Origin: Candidatus Latescibacterota bacterium
GTDB taxonomy: Bacteria; Latescibacterota; UBA2968; UBA8231
NCBI GenBank assembly: GCA_965248265.1
Contig: CBDFJF010000002.1
Location: 3,904,001 to 3,968,000, forward strand
DNA length: 64,000 nt
Reading direction: 5' to 3'
The notes beneath the pieces are model-generated. The model did not search any database. It had not been told where the DNA came from and worked only from the letters and a program-made list of their open reading frames with translations. The stretch's first letter is position 1. Each line of letters begins with the position of its first letter. The translations under genes were made by a program, and so were the position numbers. Positions 20,981 to 29,949 of the stretch are shown here, one piece after another.

Positions 20981-21333
20981 CAGGCGGCCTGTCCAATCAA
21001 CATACTCACCCAATTCCAGTTTCCTGGACAGATCCCCCCCGGCAGTCCTGTTTTCAGGAATCTTGACATCCAAACTTCGCCGCTTGCGGCACGGCGTCGG
21101 CCAGCTATCCCACTGTAAAAACAAACCTTACACTGAGTTCAACCGGTCCTGGTACAGGGATTGCCTGTCATGCAGCAGAGATTGGCAACTCATCGGGCAC
21201 CTTGTCGACTGGCTTCGTGCCCGATGAAACACGCGGCATGACAGACGACGCCGGCGTTCCGATGTCGAATGGTCCATGCCCTTTGCGGACTCAGGCCTGT
21301 AATGCTTGCACGCTGAGTCGGAGGAAACGACCC

Positions 21334-22485
21334 ATGACAGCTGTTCAGAAGTTGGCGCAACCATACAAGGAGGGTTCTGTTTTCTGGAAGGTGGGCAAGA
21401 TGCTCAGTCTGACCGCACCGCTCGTCGTTATCATCGCGCTCATCGTTTCATCCCCCTCCTGGTCTCAGGATAGCGAGGGGACGATAGAGATTGTCGAGTT
21501 CACAAGCTCCGCTCTGGAGTCCAACCTGATAGGTGACACGCCCACCCGTACCCTCATCGTCTACTTGCCACCTGGATACGAGACCAGCGGCCGGCGCTAT
21601 CCCGTGTACTACTTTCTTACCGCCTTCGGCATATCCTACTCGGTTGAGGGATGGCACGACCTCTTTCGCAACAATCTCCGGCCCCACCTTGATGGGCTGC
21701 TTGAGGATGGCAGGTCCCGGGAGATGATCACCGTCTTCATAGACGGGTTCAACCCCTTTGGTGGGAGCTTGTATGCCAGTTCGCCCGCCACCGGCGATTG
21801 GGAGTCCTTCGTAGTCCGTGAGCTGGTCGAGCACATCGATGCAACATACAGGACCATTTCACACAGGGACAGCCGAGGCATCGATGGCATCTCGATGGGG
21901 GGATTCGGCTCATTGCGCCTTGCGCTGAAGTACCCAGAGGTGTTCTGTGCGGTTGTGGCGCAGGGTGCCCCATTCGACTTGACAGCAGGGGGCTGGTGGG
22001 AAGGCGGTGCAACTCCCGAGGTTGACCCAGAAGACTGGGAAGATATGAACCTGCTCTCGGCCTTCGACCGCTTCTGGTTTGCTATGGCGGCTGCCTTTGC
22101 GCCCAATCCGGATCGCCCTCCCTTCTACCTCGACAGGCCGTACGAGCTCGTCGATGGGCAGGCGAGACCGGTACCCGAGGTGTTTGAGCGGATCTCGGAC
22201 ATGGACGTGTATGGTGAGCTGGACCGCTATGTTGCCCAGCCGACGAGGCTCAAGTCGATCATGATCCACCATGGTAGTGCAGACGAGGTCGTCCCTGTCA
22301 GCCAGGCACACGCCCTCGTTGCGCGCCTCACAGAGCTGGGGCTCGACCATGTCTACGAGGAGCACTCCGGGGGACACATCGCAATTCATGGACCCTCCAG
22401 GATCTTCTTCTCAGAGAACCTCTCATTCGAGAGCCCAACTGCGATCGCCAGTGACACATGGGGCGAGGTTAAGGCCCGCCACTGA
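21334..22485 (+). CDS. Secreted alpha/beta-hydrolase esterase with TWGEVKA tail
   Basis: GGAGG RBS; VYLPPGY, GISMGG nucleophile elbow, HGSADEVV, GGH; ends PTAIASDTWGEVKARH. Confidence 0.88.
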   Translation: MTAVQKLAQPYKEGSVFWKVGKMLSLTAPLVVIIALIVSSPSWSQDSEGTIEIVEFTSSALESNLIGDTPTRTLIVYLPPGYETSGRRYPVYYFLTAFGISYSVEGWHDLFRNNLRPHLDGLLEDGRSREMITVFIDGFNPFGGSLYASSPATGDWESFVVRELVEHIDATYRTISHRDSRGIDGISMGGFGSLRLALKYPEVFCAVVAQGAPFDLTAGGWWEGGATPEVDPEDWEDMNLLSAFDRFWFAMAAAFAPNPDRPPFYLDRPYELVDGQARPVPEVFERISDMDVYGELDRYVAQPTRLKSIMIHHGSADEVVPVSQAHALVARLTELGLDHVYEEHSGGHIAIHGPSRIFFSENLSFESPTAIASDTWGEVKARH

Positions 22486-22628
22486 CGTTGCTGGATGATG
22501 CAGGATACAACCGGATGACCGAGGTTATGGATGCTGCCGTGCGGTCAACGATTGTGGATGCAGAAGGCGGCAGCAGCATCGACCGATCCCAGACCCGGTC
22601 GATGCTGCTGCAATAGAGGCAACGCACC

Positions 22629-22706
22629 ATGAGCGAATCGCAGATCGGACTGAAAGGGTCACGCATCCTGCTGGTGGACGACCAGCCACGCCTGTTGGCG
22701 TCTTGA
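22629..22706 (+). pseudogene. Response-regulator receiver N-terminal stub
   Basis: MSESQIGLKGSRILLVDDQP followed by an early stop. Confidence 0.5.
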
Positions 22707-22906
22707 TCCTGCAACTCTTGGCGATCAATACGGGCAGTTTTCAGGTGATCATATGCGGGGCAGAGAAGCCAGGTGGGATTTAGATGGAGAGATTATGGAG
22801 AGAGCCCCCGAGACATGCACGCAACGTGGCGTCCAGAACGGACGAATGGGTTTCGAACTTGCCCCTGCAGGGCTCACAACCGCCTTTTCTACATTGACTT
22901 ACGGGG

Positions 22907-22974
22907 TGGCGGGAACGTGTGGGAATCGAACCCACCCAGCGCCGCTGTCGCGACACCGCAACGGATTTGAAGTC
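22907..22974 (-). pseudogene. selC: 3' fragment of tRNA-Sec (selC), att-like scar
   Basis: Reverse strand GACTTCAAATCC (TCA anticodon), long variable arm, GGTTCGATTCC, ACGTTCCCGCCA; 5' acceptor strand and D-arm are absent. Confidence 0.85.
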
Positions 22975-23204
22975 TGACGCTTTGTGTAACCCTCTTTGGA
23001 TTGTTGATCCAATGCAGCGGCCCGGTGGACTTATGCTCTAGTGGAGTCGTGGAAACGGGCAGAGACTGCAGCCGCTTCGTGAGCGAGGCCCAACGACCCA
23101 GTTCTGCTAAGCCAGCGAGAATCAGTCAAACCTGTGGTGCTCTGCGGGCATCTCAGTGATATAACGAAGCGCGGATCGGCCGTTCGGGCTCGAGTCCACT
23201 TGTA

Positions 23205-24413
23205 TTAGTGCAGCTGGTCCCAGTTGCGTCTAAGCAAAGGGCCTCTATTCTGGACGAGGGCGGCCAGAGCTCCGTTGTTGACCGCGACAATGTCACCAAA
23301 GTCCCTCTTATTTCCATGTATTCCGGCAGTGTGCAGCACTGCAAGTACCTGCTCGGCGTCCGCAAGTGCTTGCTGATGCTCCTCCACTGCGGAATCAAAA
23401 CTGACCGAGGCTGTGTCTGTGATCTGCTCGCGCAAGCAGTGCAGATAGTGTCGAAAAGCCTGTTGCTCTCCCAATCCTATGGATGAGGGTTGTGCACCGG
23501 TAAAAAGCGGAGAGACAAATTCGGACTCCATTGATGCTGGGGGTTGCATGGTCGCCAGCACTTGTGTGTTTTGGGCAAGATCTAGGAAGGGTATTGTGAA
23601 TTCAGACAGTGCCTGGGGACAGTAATACCAGGTAGTCCGCTGCCTGATTTCATCTTCATGCACCTGTTGGAACTTCTCGGGAGGAAACGAACGCACGTTC
23701 ATCCAGGTTCCGGAGCAAATTGCGTTTACTCCGGCAGCTGATGCGATGAGCATCTGGTGGTTGCAATACCCAATCACAACCTCAGAGTTTCTCAACCGCA
23801 ATCCCGCACACACGTCAAGAAGATTAGCAAGCCAATTCGGATCTGTCGTAAGGTAGTCTCCCCTCGGATGCTCCCAAACCAAATAGAAACCTGTGTCAGT
23901 CCATGCCTCTGATCGATCCATCAGCAATGCAATCTGCTCATTGTTACGTGCTGCATCAGCAGATAGAGCAATCGTCATGAGAATCGGTATGTCTCTCGAT
24001 TGAGCTCGGGCTTCCTCGAGTATTAGGCTGTGTATTGCAATCCAATCCTCATTCACTTCGTTAGCGAGTACACCCGGCAGGATGAATCTGTCTGTGGCCA
24101 AACGACGGTTTTCGCTCAATAGCTCACTTATCAGGAGAGCCAACCTTGGACCGTCCCAAAAAGTGCCGGTATCGTATTCATCGGGCCAGTAGAAATGAGA
24201 CCGAAGCCTCTCGTGAGAGGCGTGCGGGAGATAGAACTGTGGGTCAAGGAGCACGCGTCCGTTTGGGTGTTTCGTGATATCATCTGCCAACCTGTCTAGT
24301 TGGCCGGAATCGAGATCTCGAGGACTCAAAACTACTGTCCCACCTTCCCACCGCGCGACTAATTCGCGGCAATGTCCCATCATGCCGTGGCCAAACTGTA
24401 GGTATAACTCCAC
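23205..24413 (-). CDS. Hypothetical alpha/beta protein (possibly beta-protein/sce7725-like), third gene of the kinase operon
   Basis: 402-aa ORF; VVLSPRD, LLDPQFY motifs; AGGAG RBS overlaps the kinase stop; family guess is low confidence. Confidence 0.7.
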   Translation of the reverse strand: MELYLQFGHGMMGHCRELVARWEGGTVVLSPRDLDSGQLDRLADDITKHPNGRVLLDPQFYLPHASHERLRSHFYWPDEYDTGTFWDGPRLALLISELLSENRRLATDRFILPGVLANEVNEDWIAIHSLILEEARAQSRDIPILMTIALSADAARNNEQIALLMDRSEAWTDTGFYLVWEHPRGDYLTTDPNWLANLLDVCAGLRLRNSEVVIGYCNHQMLIASAAGVNAICSGTWMNVRSFPPEKFQQVHEDEIRQRTTWYYCPQALSEFTIPFLDLAQNTQVLATMQPPASMESEFVSPLFTGAQPSSIGLGEQQAFRHYLHCLREQITDTASVSFDSAVEEHQQALADAEQVLAVLHTAGIHGNKRDFGDIVAVNNGALAALVQNRGPLLRRNWDQLH

Positions 24414-24424
24414 CTTCTGTACTC

Positions 24425-25285
24425 CTATTCCTCGATGCCTTCCGCGGCACAGATTTCCTTGACCCAGACGAAAACGCCTTCGGCAGTAGTTGGCCGTTGA
24501 TCTCTGCGTATCTGCGTCAGAGACTGAACTAAGTCACCGAAACTATCCTCTTGCTCCATATCCACGGTGACCCTTGGCAGTCGTTGAGTCTCAACGCGCT
24601 TCAGGACGTCTAGATCATTTCTGGCGCCCAGCCTGAATGGATTCGTGCCAGTCGCACACTCGTAGATGGTTACACCAAGGGCGAAAAGATCTGCTCGGAT
24701 ATCGATGTCCGCTTTCACGTTCCGAAACTGCTCTGGGGGGGCATAGCCGGGAGTGAATTTCCCAAAAGGGTTGCCAGACGGTGTGTGCGAGGTGAGCTCC
24801 AGATGACGCGAGATTCCGAAATCAAGCAACCAGAAATCGCCAACGTCATCATGAATGATGTTTCCTGGTTTAATGTCTCGATGAACGATCTCGTTCTCCT
24901 CGGCAGCAACAAGGGCCTCCAACATTTGGCGAGATAGACGAAGTAGTGCGAGAGCCTGCATTGGGCCAGATGCCGACAGCTCTGCGCTAACCGGGGAACC
25001 AGGGATCCGTTGCTCTAAGAGAAAAGAGCACAGGCCAAACGGGGCGCTGATTTGACCGTACTCGAGAATTGGTGGGACCCGACTTGAACTGACACGCTGA
25101 ACCGCCCGAATCTCCCGCGCCACAGATTCGGCATCCTGTGTCGGCTTGATGATCTTGAGTACGATGTCGCCGTGATCAGGATGAGTTGCCGAAAACACCC
25201 ACTTTTGCCCCCCAGGCGTCAGAGCTGTCACGTTGTCAAGAGAGGGAAACTCGTTCCTCACCCACCCGGCGGACAGCTGCATCAC
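24425..25285 (-). CDS. Stand-alone Hanks-type Ser/Thr protein kinase
   Basis: GGQKWV, VLK, HRDIKPGN, DFG, TPGYAPPEQ, DLFALG. Confidence 0.93.
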   Translation of the reverse strand: MMQLSAGWVRNEFPSLDNVTALTPGGQKWVFSATHPDHGDIVLKIIKPTQDAESVAREIRAVQRVSSSRVPPILEYGQISAPFGLCSFLLEQRIPGSPVSAELSASGPMQALALLRLSRQMLEALVAAEENEIVHRDIKPGNIIHDDVGDFWLLDFGISRHLELTSHTPSGNPFGKFTPGYAPPEQFRNVKADIDIRADLFALGVTIYECATGTNPFRLGARNDLDVLKRVETQRLPRVTVDMEQEDSFGDLVQSLTQIRRDQRPTTAEGVFVWVKEICAAEGIEE

Positions 25286-25950
25286 AATCTTCCGCTATAC
25301 AGAGCTGCGCGCCAGGAGGACTCGTTAAACACCCAAGAGGCGTGAGAACGAGGGGAGCCAATCCGAGGACTTTTGGATATATCAATTACTCCCGTGCCTG
25401 GACAGATGATGCCGACTCCGTGTGCTTCAGCGACATCCGCAGCTCGCGAAGCGACGGGCGAAGGAACCAAAATGTAGGAGCTGGTGGCGAACCATGTATT
25501 CAAGAACGCCTGTCTTACAGCCGATCGCCAGTCCCCGATCTTGGCCTCAAAAGCCACAATCTGTCTGATGGCGTAGTTGTGGGAAATGCTTCGCGGCTTG
25601 ATAAGACCGCCCGAGATTTGGATTGTGTCTGCGTACAACAGGTGCTCCAGAATCCTGTCGAGGCTTGTTGGAAAAACTGAACGCAATCCCTCGTACCTGC
25701 ATGCCCCACGGCCTGTCAGATAGTGTAACACACGAAGTGTTGACGGATTCAGGATCGCCCGCAGGGCCGACCACCGGCGGGTAACTCCTGGTGACCATAC
25801 AACCACTACCACATCTGGGTAGCCCGAGTCGATCCGCGGTTCACAGAATACAGTCGTTTCGCAGTCTCGCGGAATTCGAACTCGCTGTTCGGCAAGAAAC
25901 CATCGTACCATCTCGGTCTCCGGCCCCTCCCGAGGGCGTCGGAACGCCAT
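25282..25950 (-). CDS. PD-(D/E)XK nuclease-like protein with inserted winged helix
   Basis: E...PDVVVV...AFEAKIGDWRSAVRQA...SYILVP...GVGII; stop overlaps the kinase start; the start could lie further upstream (up to 26019). Confidence 0.7.
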   Translation of the reverse strand: MAFRRPREGPETEMVRWFLAEQRVRIPRDCETTVFCEPRIDSGYPDVVVVVWSPGVTRRWSALRAILNPSTLRVLHYLTGRGACRYEGLRSVFPTSLDRILEHLLYADTIQISGGLIKPRSISHNYAIRQIVAFEAKIGDWRSAVRQAFLNTWFATSSYILVPSPVASRAADVAEAHGVGIICPGTGVIDISKSPRIGSPRSHASWVFNESSWRAALYSGRL

Positions 25951-26246
25951 CCCAAACTCTTCTCCATGCTCGTAGTCAATAATCCATGGCTTCGTTGCCG
26001 AATCCATCACTTGGACCAAAACCCGACTCCCCTTCTACATAGTGAGAGCTGCTGTGTACCTCGAATATACCCCGGCTCGTGTTTCCTTGACAATGAAATA
26101 CAAACTGCTCGTACCAGCGCAGATCGCCACTTCTGGCCGACCGTCAGTCGAACATCCGATGCTCGGCGAGCATCGTTGTCTTGCAACGACAATCCGTCAC
26201 ACTGGGGAGGGCAGGTCGATTCGATTGACAGGCGCGTGACGACGGC

Positions 26247-27098
26247 TCAGAAGCCGCCAGATGCTCGGGGTGCGGCGATCGGGTGATTTGCATTGAGAGC
26301 TGCGATCGCTTCTACAAGCTGCTGAGGACGTGCGTGAGCATATCGCAACGACATTTCCATTGTCCGGTGTCCCATCACTTGCATGATGCGATCTATGGGT
26401 ACACCTCGGTCTCGTAGGCGGGTAGCTAGGGTATGGCGTAGCATGTGTAGGTGGACGTGACCGACGTTAGCCCGCATTCCGGCACTGTGCAATGACCTCT
26501 TGATGTCCCCGAACACGATGACACGTTGTTCGGGTTCCGTCAGCTCGGGCTTCAACCTCATCAACATCGATCGGACCCGATCCGTCATAGGGATCACTCT
26601 GTAGTCCTTATTCTTGGACTGTCGCACGGTCACGGTGCCGGTCTCGAAATTTACATCGCGCCAGGACAGTCGTTGGAGCTCGGAGCGCCTCATTCCCGTG
26701 TCCGCTGCCATAATCACAACCTGCCGGGTACGCTCCGGACATTCGGCGATCAGCGCATCTAGCTCATGATCGCTCAGTGCGTCCGGCACACGGCTCTGTT
26801 CCTTGAGCATAGAGAGCCTTGTCGTGGGGTTGTCTGATATATAGTCCCAGTTGCAGGCTGTCTTGAACAGCGTCTTCAGGGTCGCCAGATAGCGATTGGC
26901 TGTGGCCGTGGTGATTCCGTCAGTGTTGCGCCGGCGCGTCAGGTATCGCTCGATCTGGCGTGTGGTGATGGAATCCAGAGAATGGCCCCCGAACTCCTCA
27001 TCGAGCTTCCTGAGCATTCCGGACAGGCCTCGCCAGGTATTGGGGCTCCAACCTCCGAAATCAGTGCGAAACTCGCTAAGGAACTCACCGAATGTCAT
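26247..27098 (-). CDS. Tyrosine recombinase/integrase, no evident N-terminal arm-binding domain
   Basis: Catalytic set intact: TGMRRSE, K, HMLRH, MGH, RY. Confidence 0.92.
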   Translation of the reverse strand: MTFGEFLSEFRTDFGGWSPNTWRGLSGMLRKLDEEFGGHSLDSITTRQIERYLTRRRNTDGITTATANRYLATLKTLFKTACNWDYISDNPTTRLSMLKEQSRVPDALSDHELDALIAECPERTRQVVIMAADTGMRRSELQRLSWRDVNFETGTVTVRQSKNKDYRVIPMTDRVRSMLMRLKPELTEPEQRVIVFGDIKRSLHSAGMRANVGHVHLHMLRHTLATRLRDRGVPIDRIMQVMGHRTMEMSLRYAHARPQQLVEAIAALNANHPIAAPRASGGF

Positions 27099-27251
27099 GC
27101 GGATCCGCGTCTATTGAGGGAATCTGGCCGGACAGGAGTCGTGACCTCCGATCCGGCCAGAACAGAAAAACGGGCGCCATAACCGGTGGTCACGACACCC
27201 GCATTCAGTGCTGCTACTGTCATCTAAAACTAGAGATCCGCGGCGACAGCG

Positions 27252-27839
27252 TCAATGATTTCGGCTGGATTTTGCGTACCTCATCGCCGTGCCCGGCGCG
27301 ATGCCCAGTTGCTTGGCGATGTCACGGTATGACAGCCCGCCAGAGCGTAAGGCTCGGACCTTGGACTGCTTGGTCAGCGGGATCTGCTTCCGTCCTACAT
27401 GCTTGCCCCTTGCCTTGGCAGCCGCCATTCCAGTCTTCACCCGCTCGCGGATCATTTCCCGCTCGAACTCGGCGATTCCGGCCAGAATGGTGAACGTCAA
27501 TTTCCCAGCCGCCGTGGACGTGTCGATCTGCTGTCGGAAGCTGATGAAGTCCACCCCAAGCTGCTGAAACTCTTCGAGCGTGTTCACTAGGTGAGACGTG
27601 CTGCGGGCGAAGCGATCGAACGCCCATACGAGCACGAGATCCACCTTGCCTGTCCGAACTTGCTCCAGCATCTGATCGAGCTCTGGACGCTGTCTGGCGG
27701 TTCCTGAGGCCTTATCAATGTATTCCCCGACAACCTCGAACCCACGGTGGTTGGCGTATTCCCGCAGCTCGTCCACCTGGCCGTCCACGTCTTGATCGGT
27801 GGTCGAGACTCTGTAGTAGATCGCGGCGCGCTTGGCCAT
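27252..27839 (-). CDS. Serine resolvase/invertase with C-terminal HTH
   Basis: YYRVST.DQ, SG...RPEL, DRFARS, AEFEREMIRER. Confidence 0.95.
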   Translation of the reverse strand: MAKRAAIYYRVSTTDQDVDGQVDELREYANHRGFEVVGEYIDKASGTARQRPELDQMLEQVRTGKVDLVLVWAFDRFARSTSHLVNTLEEFQQLGVDFISFRQQIDTSTAAGKLTFTILAGIAEFEREMIRERVKTGMAAAKARGKHVGRKQIPLTKQSKVRALRSGGLSYRDIAKQLGIAPGTAMRYAKSSRNH

Positions 27840-27858
27840 GATCTGCCCCCTTCGTAAG

Positions 27859-27887
27859 GTGTATGAAAAGGTATAGGTTTCTAGACG
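27859..27887. promoter_or_regulatory. Possible res site I upstream of the resolvase
   Basis: GTGTATGAAAAGG-TATA-GGTTTCTAGACG, an imperfect dyad around TATA. Confidence 0.35.
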
Positions 27888-27976
27888 ATCAAATCAAAGA
27901 AAAACCGCGTTGCGCCACAAGGCGCTGAAGCGGTCGCTGCTGCTACCCTTTTTGAACGCGAAAGACAGGAGCCCTT

Positions 27977-28318
27977 CTAAGGCTCGTCGATGCGCTTGAA
28001 CAGTCGGCGCACGATATCCCTCGCGAATCGGACATCCTCCGCGCTTCGCACTCTCAGGATGTCAACGAGCTCCTGAAGCTCCTGCTCCACGGTTGAGCCT
28101 GGAGCCGCTGCAGGGGTAATCAGATCCGCCACGGTCACATTCAGCACTTGCGCGAGCTGTTCCAGGGTCTCGAATGACGCCGTTGATTTTTCCCGTTCAA
28201 TTGCCCAAACGCTGTCCACGCTGATCTGGGATTCCTCGGCAAGTTGTGCCTGGGTCAGACCTCTGGCCTTTCGGTATCTCTTCAGTTGATGGCCGATTGT
28301 CTGTCTGATTTGGCTCAT
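27977..28318 (-). CDS. XRE-family HTH regulator
   Basis: LKRYRKARGLTQAQLAE...IERE...TLEQLAQVLNV. Confidence 0.9.
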   Translation of the reverse strand: MSQIRQTIGHQLKRYRKARGLTQAQLAEESQISVDSVWAIEREKSTASFETLEQLAQVLNVTVADLITPAAAPGSTVEQELQELVDILRVRSAEDVRFARDIVRRLFKRIDEP

Positions 28319-28457
28319 CCCTCAAGCTCCCATTCGTCCCGCATGGAACGAAGTTAGGGTGCGCTGATGAGCCCAGGCAGATGATCATGCTACGTATTTT
28401 GTTTATGAAATACTTGATTAGACTCAGGGTGCAAGTGTTTATTACCGGACACAACTA

Positions 28458-29201
28458 ATGTCGAACGTGAGAGGTTGCGTGTCAGAGATCACTAAGCATA
28501 TAGGGATTGCGATCAACGATGCAGATGCTGGCAGAATCACCTATCAGCATCTACTAAAGATCTTCCAAGAGGCAATTGATAATGGTGACATTCTCCTCGA
28601 AGAAAACGAGCTGTACGTAGTAGGTACTGTCTTGCCCCTTTTGGATCGGGATGTTCTAAAGAGATCTCCCTACGTTGACGATTTCGAGGCAAGGATGAAT
28701 GCCACTTTGCAGGGGTGGATTCGCAATCGTCAGGACGCAACTGCTGGTATGGGTTCCAATTCAGACGTCACCGTCTCGTCCGAACCGACCGAGGTGGCTC
28801 CATTGGAATCTGAACCAGACGTTGCTCACCAAGTTGTGAAACGCAAACGGACGCTGTTGCTGAATGTACTCATCGTCGCAGCACATATCGCCATAGCAGC
28901 GTTGACAGGAAGTCCCTGGGTGATGTTCAGTGGGTTTCTCCTGCTTGCGGTGGGGATTCGCTGTGCAACGCTCTGCTGGTTGAGGTTCACGCGTGCAGAG
29001 TCAGAGAGGCCATCCCTCGTGTTCATTCTTGCCAATTTGGTTCTTGGAATACTTTTCGCCTCAGTTCTTCTCTGGTTCCTTTGGTGGCTCGGCCGCTTCT
29101 GGCTACCCGGCATCAAGATACTTGCCCCCGCTATAGCGGTTTTCGTGGCGTACAAGTCAACCTTCCCGTTAGGACCATCCAGACAGGACACACAAACATG
29201 A
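28458..29201 (+). CDS. Hypothetical protein with C-terminal 4-TM region
   Basis: Soluble N-terminus followed by four hydrophobic segments; divergent from the XRE gene. Confidence 0.65.
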   Translation: MSNVRGCVSEITKHIGIAINDADAGRITYQHLLKIFQEAIDNGDILLEENELYVVGTVLPLLDRDVLKRSPYVDDFEARMNATLQGWIRNRQDATAGMGSNSDVTVSSEPTEVAPLESEPDVAHQVVKRKRTLLLNVLIVAAHIAIAALTGSPWVMFSGFLLLAVGIRCATLCWLRFTRAESERPSLVFILANLVLGILFASVLLWFLWWLGRFWLPGIKILAPAIAVFVAYKSTFPLGPSRQDTQT

Positions 29202-29271
29202 GTCCGCTACCGCCCTGAAAACACCATCCGGACATCGAAGGCCCGACGAAGTCACATCGATCACCACAAAC

Positions 29272-29883
29272 TCATTCGTGTTTGGTCCTCAACAGCTCCA
29301 CCACTTCCTCGACCGTGGCCAGCCTGTGCTTCATCGAGAATTCCTCCAACCAGGCCGCAGCCTGCAGGCTGTGCTGGTAAGCCTCATCAGGACTGATCTG
29401 TTCCTCGATTTGCTTCAGCGCAGCAGGACCAACGATCCCGTGAAACTTCGCCAGGCGCTCGATCGACGGGTGCCGGTTGTGGAACTTGATCGACACGCCG
29501 TCCTTCGTGTCCGTCACACTGGAGATACACCTGCGGATCTCCACTGGCACTGATTCGAGATCCTTCACCACGACACCCCTGGAGCTGAACGAGAGCACTT
29601 CGAGGGGGTCCAGAGAAGCCTGGTCCGAGTCTAGCTTCAGCACTTCTGCCCTACTCAGATGCGTCTCCTGCTCGACCTTCTCAGCCACCTGTGCCTGCAG
29701 ATATTGAAGTCGGGCCTGGATGATGTCATTTGATTTCAGGCGAGAGGCATTCCCTCGATTGTCCTTGAACCCCGCGAGCCGGTAGGCCTCGTCGGCTGAT
29801 TTGCCTTCCAGGAGGTGGAGACAGAATTGTTCGCGTCTCTGGTTGGGTAGGGGCTTTGAGGGGGTAGGGACAAGATCAGTCAT
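29272..29883 (-). CDS. Terminase small subunit-like protein
   Basis: LPNQRREQFCLHLLEGKSADEAYRLAGF...ASRL...IQARL; IKFHNR...LAKFHG. Confidence 0.8.
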   Translation of the reverse strand: MTDLVPTPSKPLPNQRREQFCLHLLEGKSADEAYRLAGFKDNRGNASRLKSNDIIQARLQYLQAQVAEKVEQETHLSRAEVLKLDSDQASLDPLEVLSFSSRGVVVKDLESVPVEIRRCISSVTDTKDGVSIKFHNRHPSIERLAKFHGIVGPAALKQIEEQISPDEAYQHSLQAAAWLEEFSMKHRLATVEEVVELLRTKHE

Positions 29884-29949
29884 GACGGCCTTCTCCGTGG
29901 CGACAAGCGCGCGTAGTGAACTCTACTACTAAGATACAGGCCGTGCCTG

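Noticed and set aside
22516-22547. TGACC...GGTCA after the esterase gene
   Set aside because: Spacer is 22 rather than 19 bp and the inner arm bases do not match
22907-22974. Functional tRNA-Sec gene
   Set aside because: The 5' acceptor strand and D-arm are missing and the anticodon stem does not pair beyond 2 bp
28100-28108. TGGAGCCGC as a tRNA-Thr att duplicate
   Set aside because: Only 9 bp, inside a coding sequence, expected by chance
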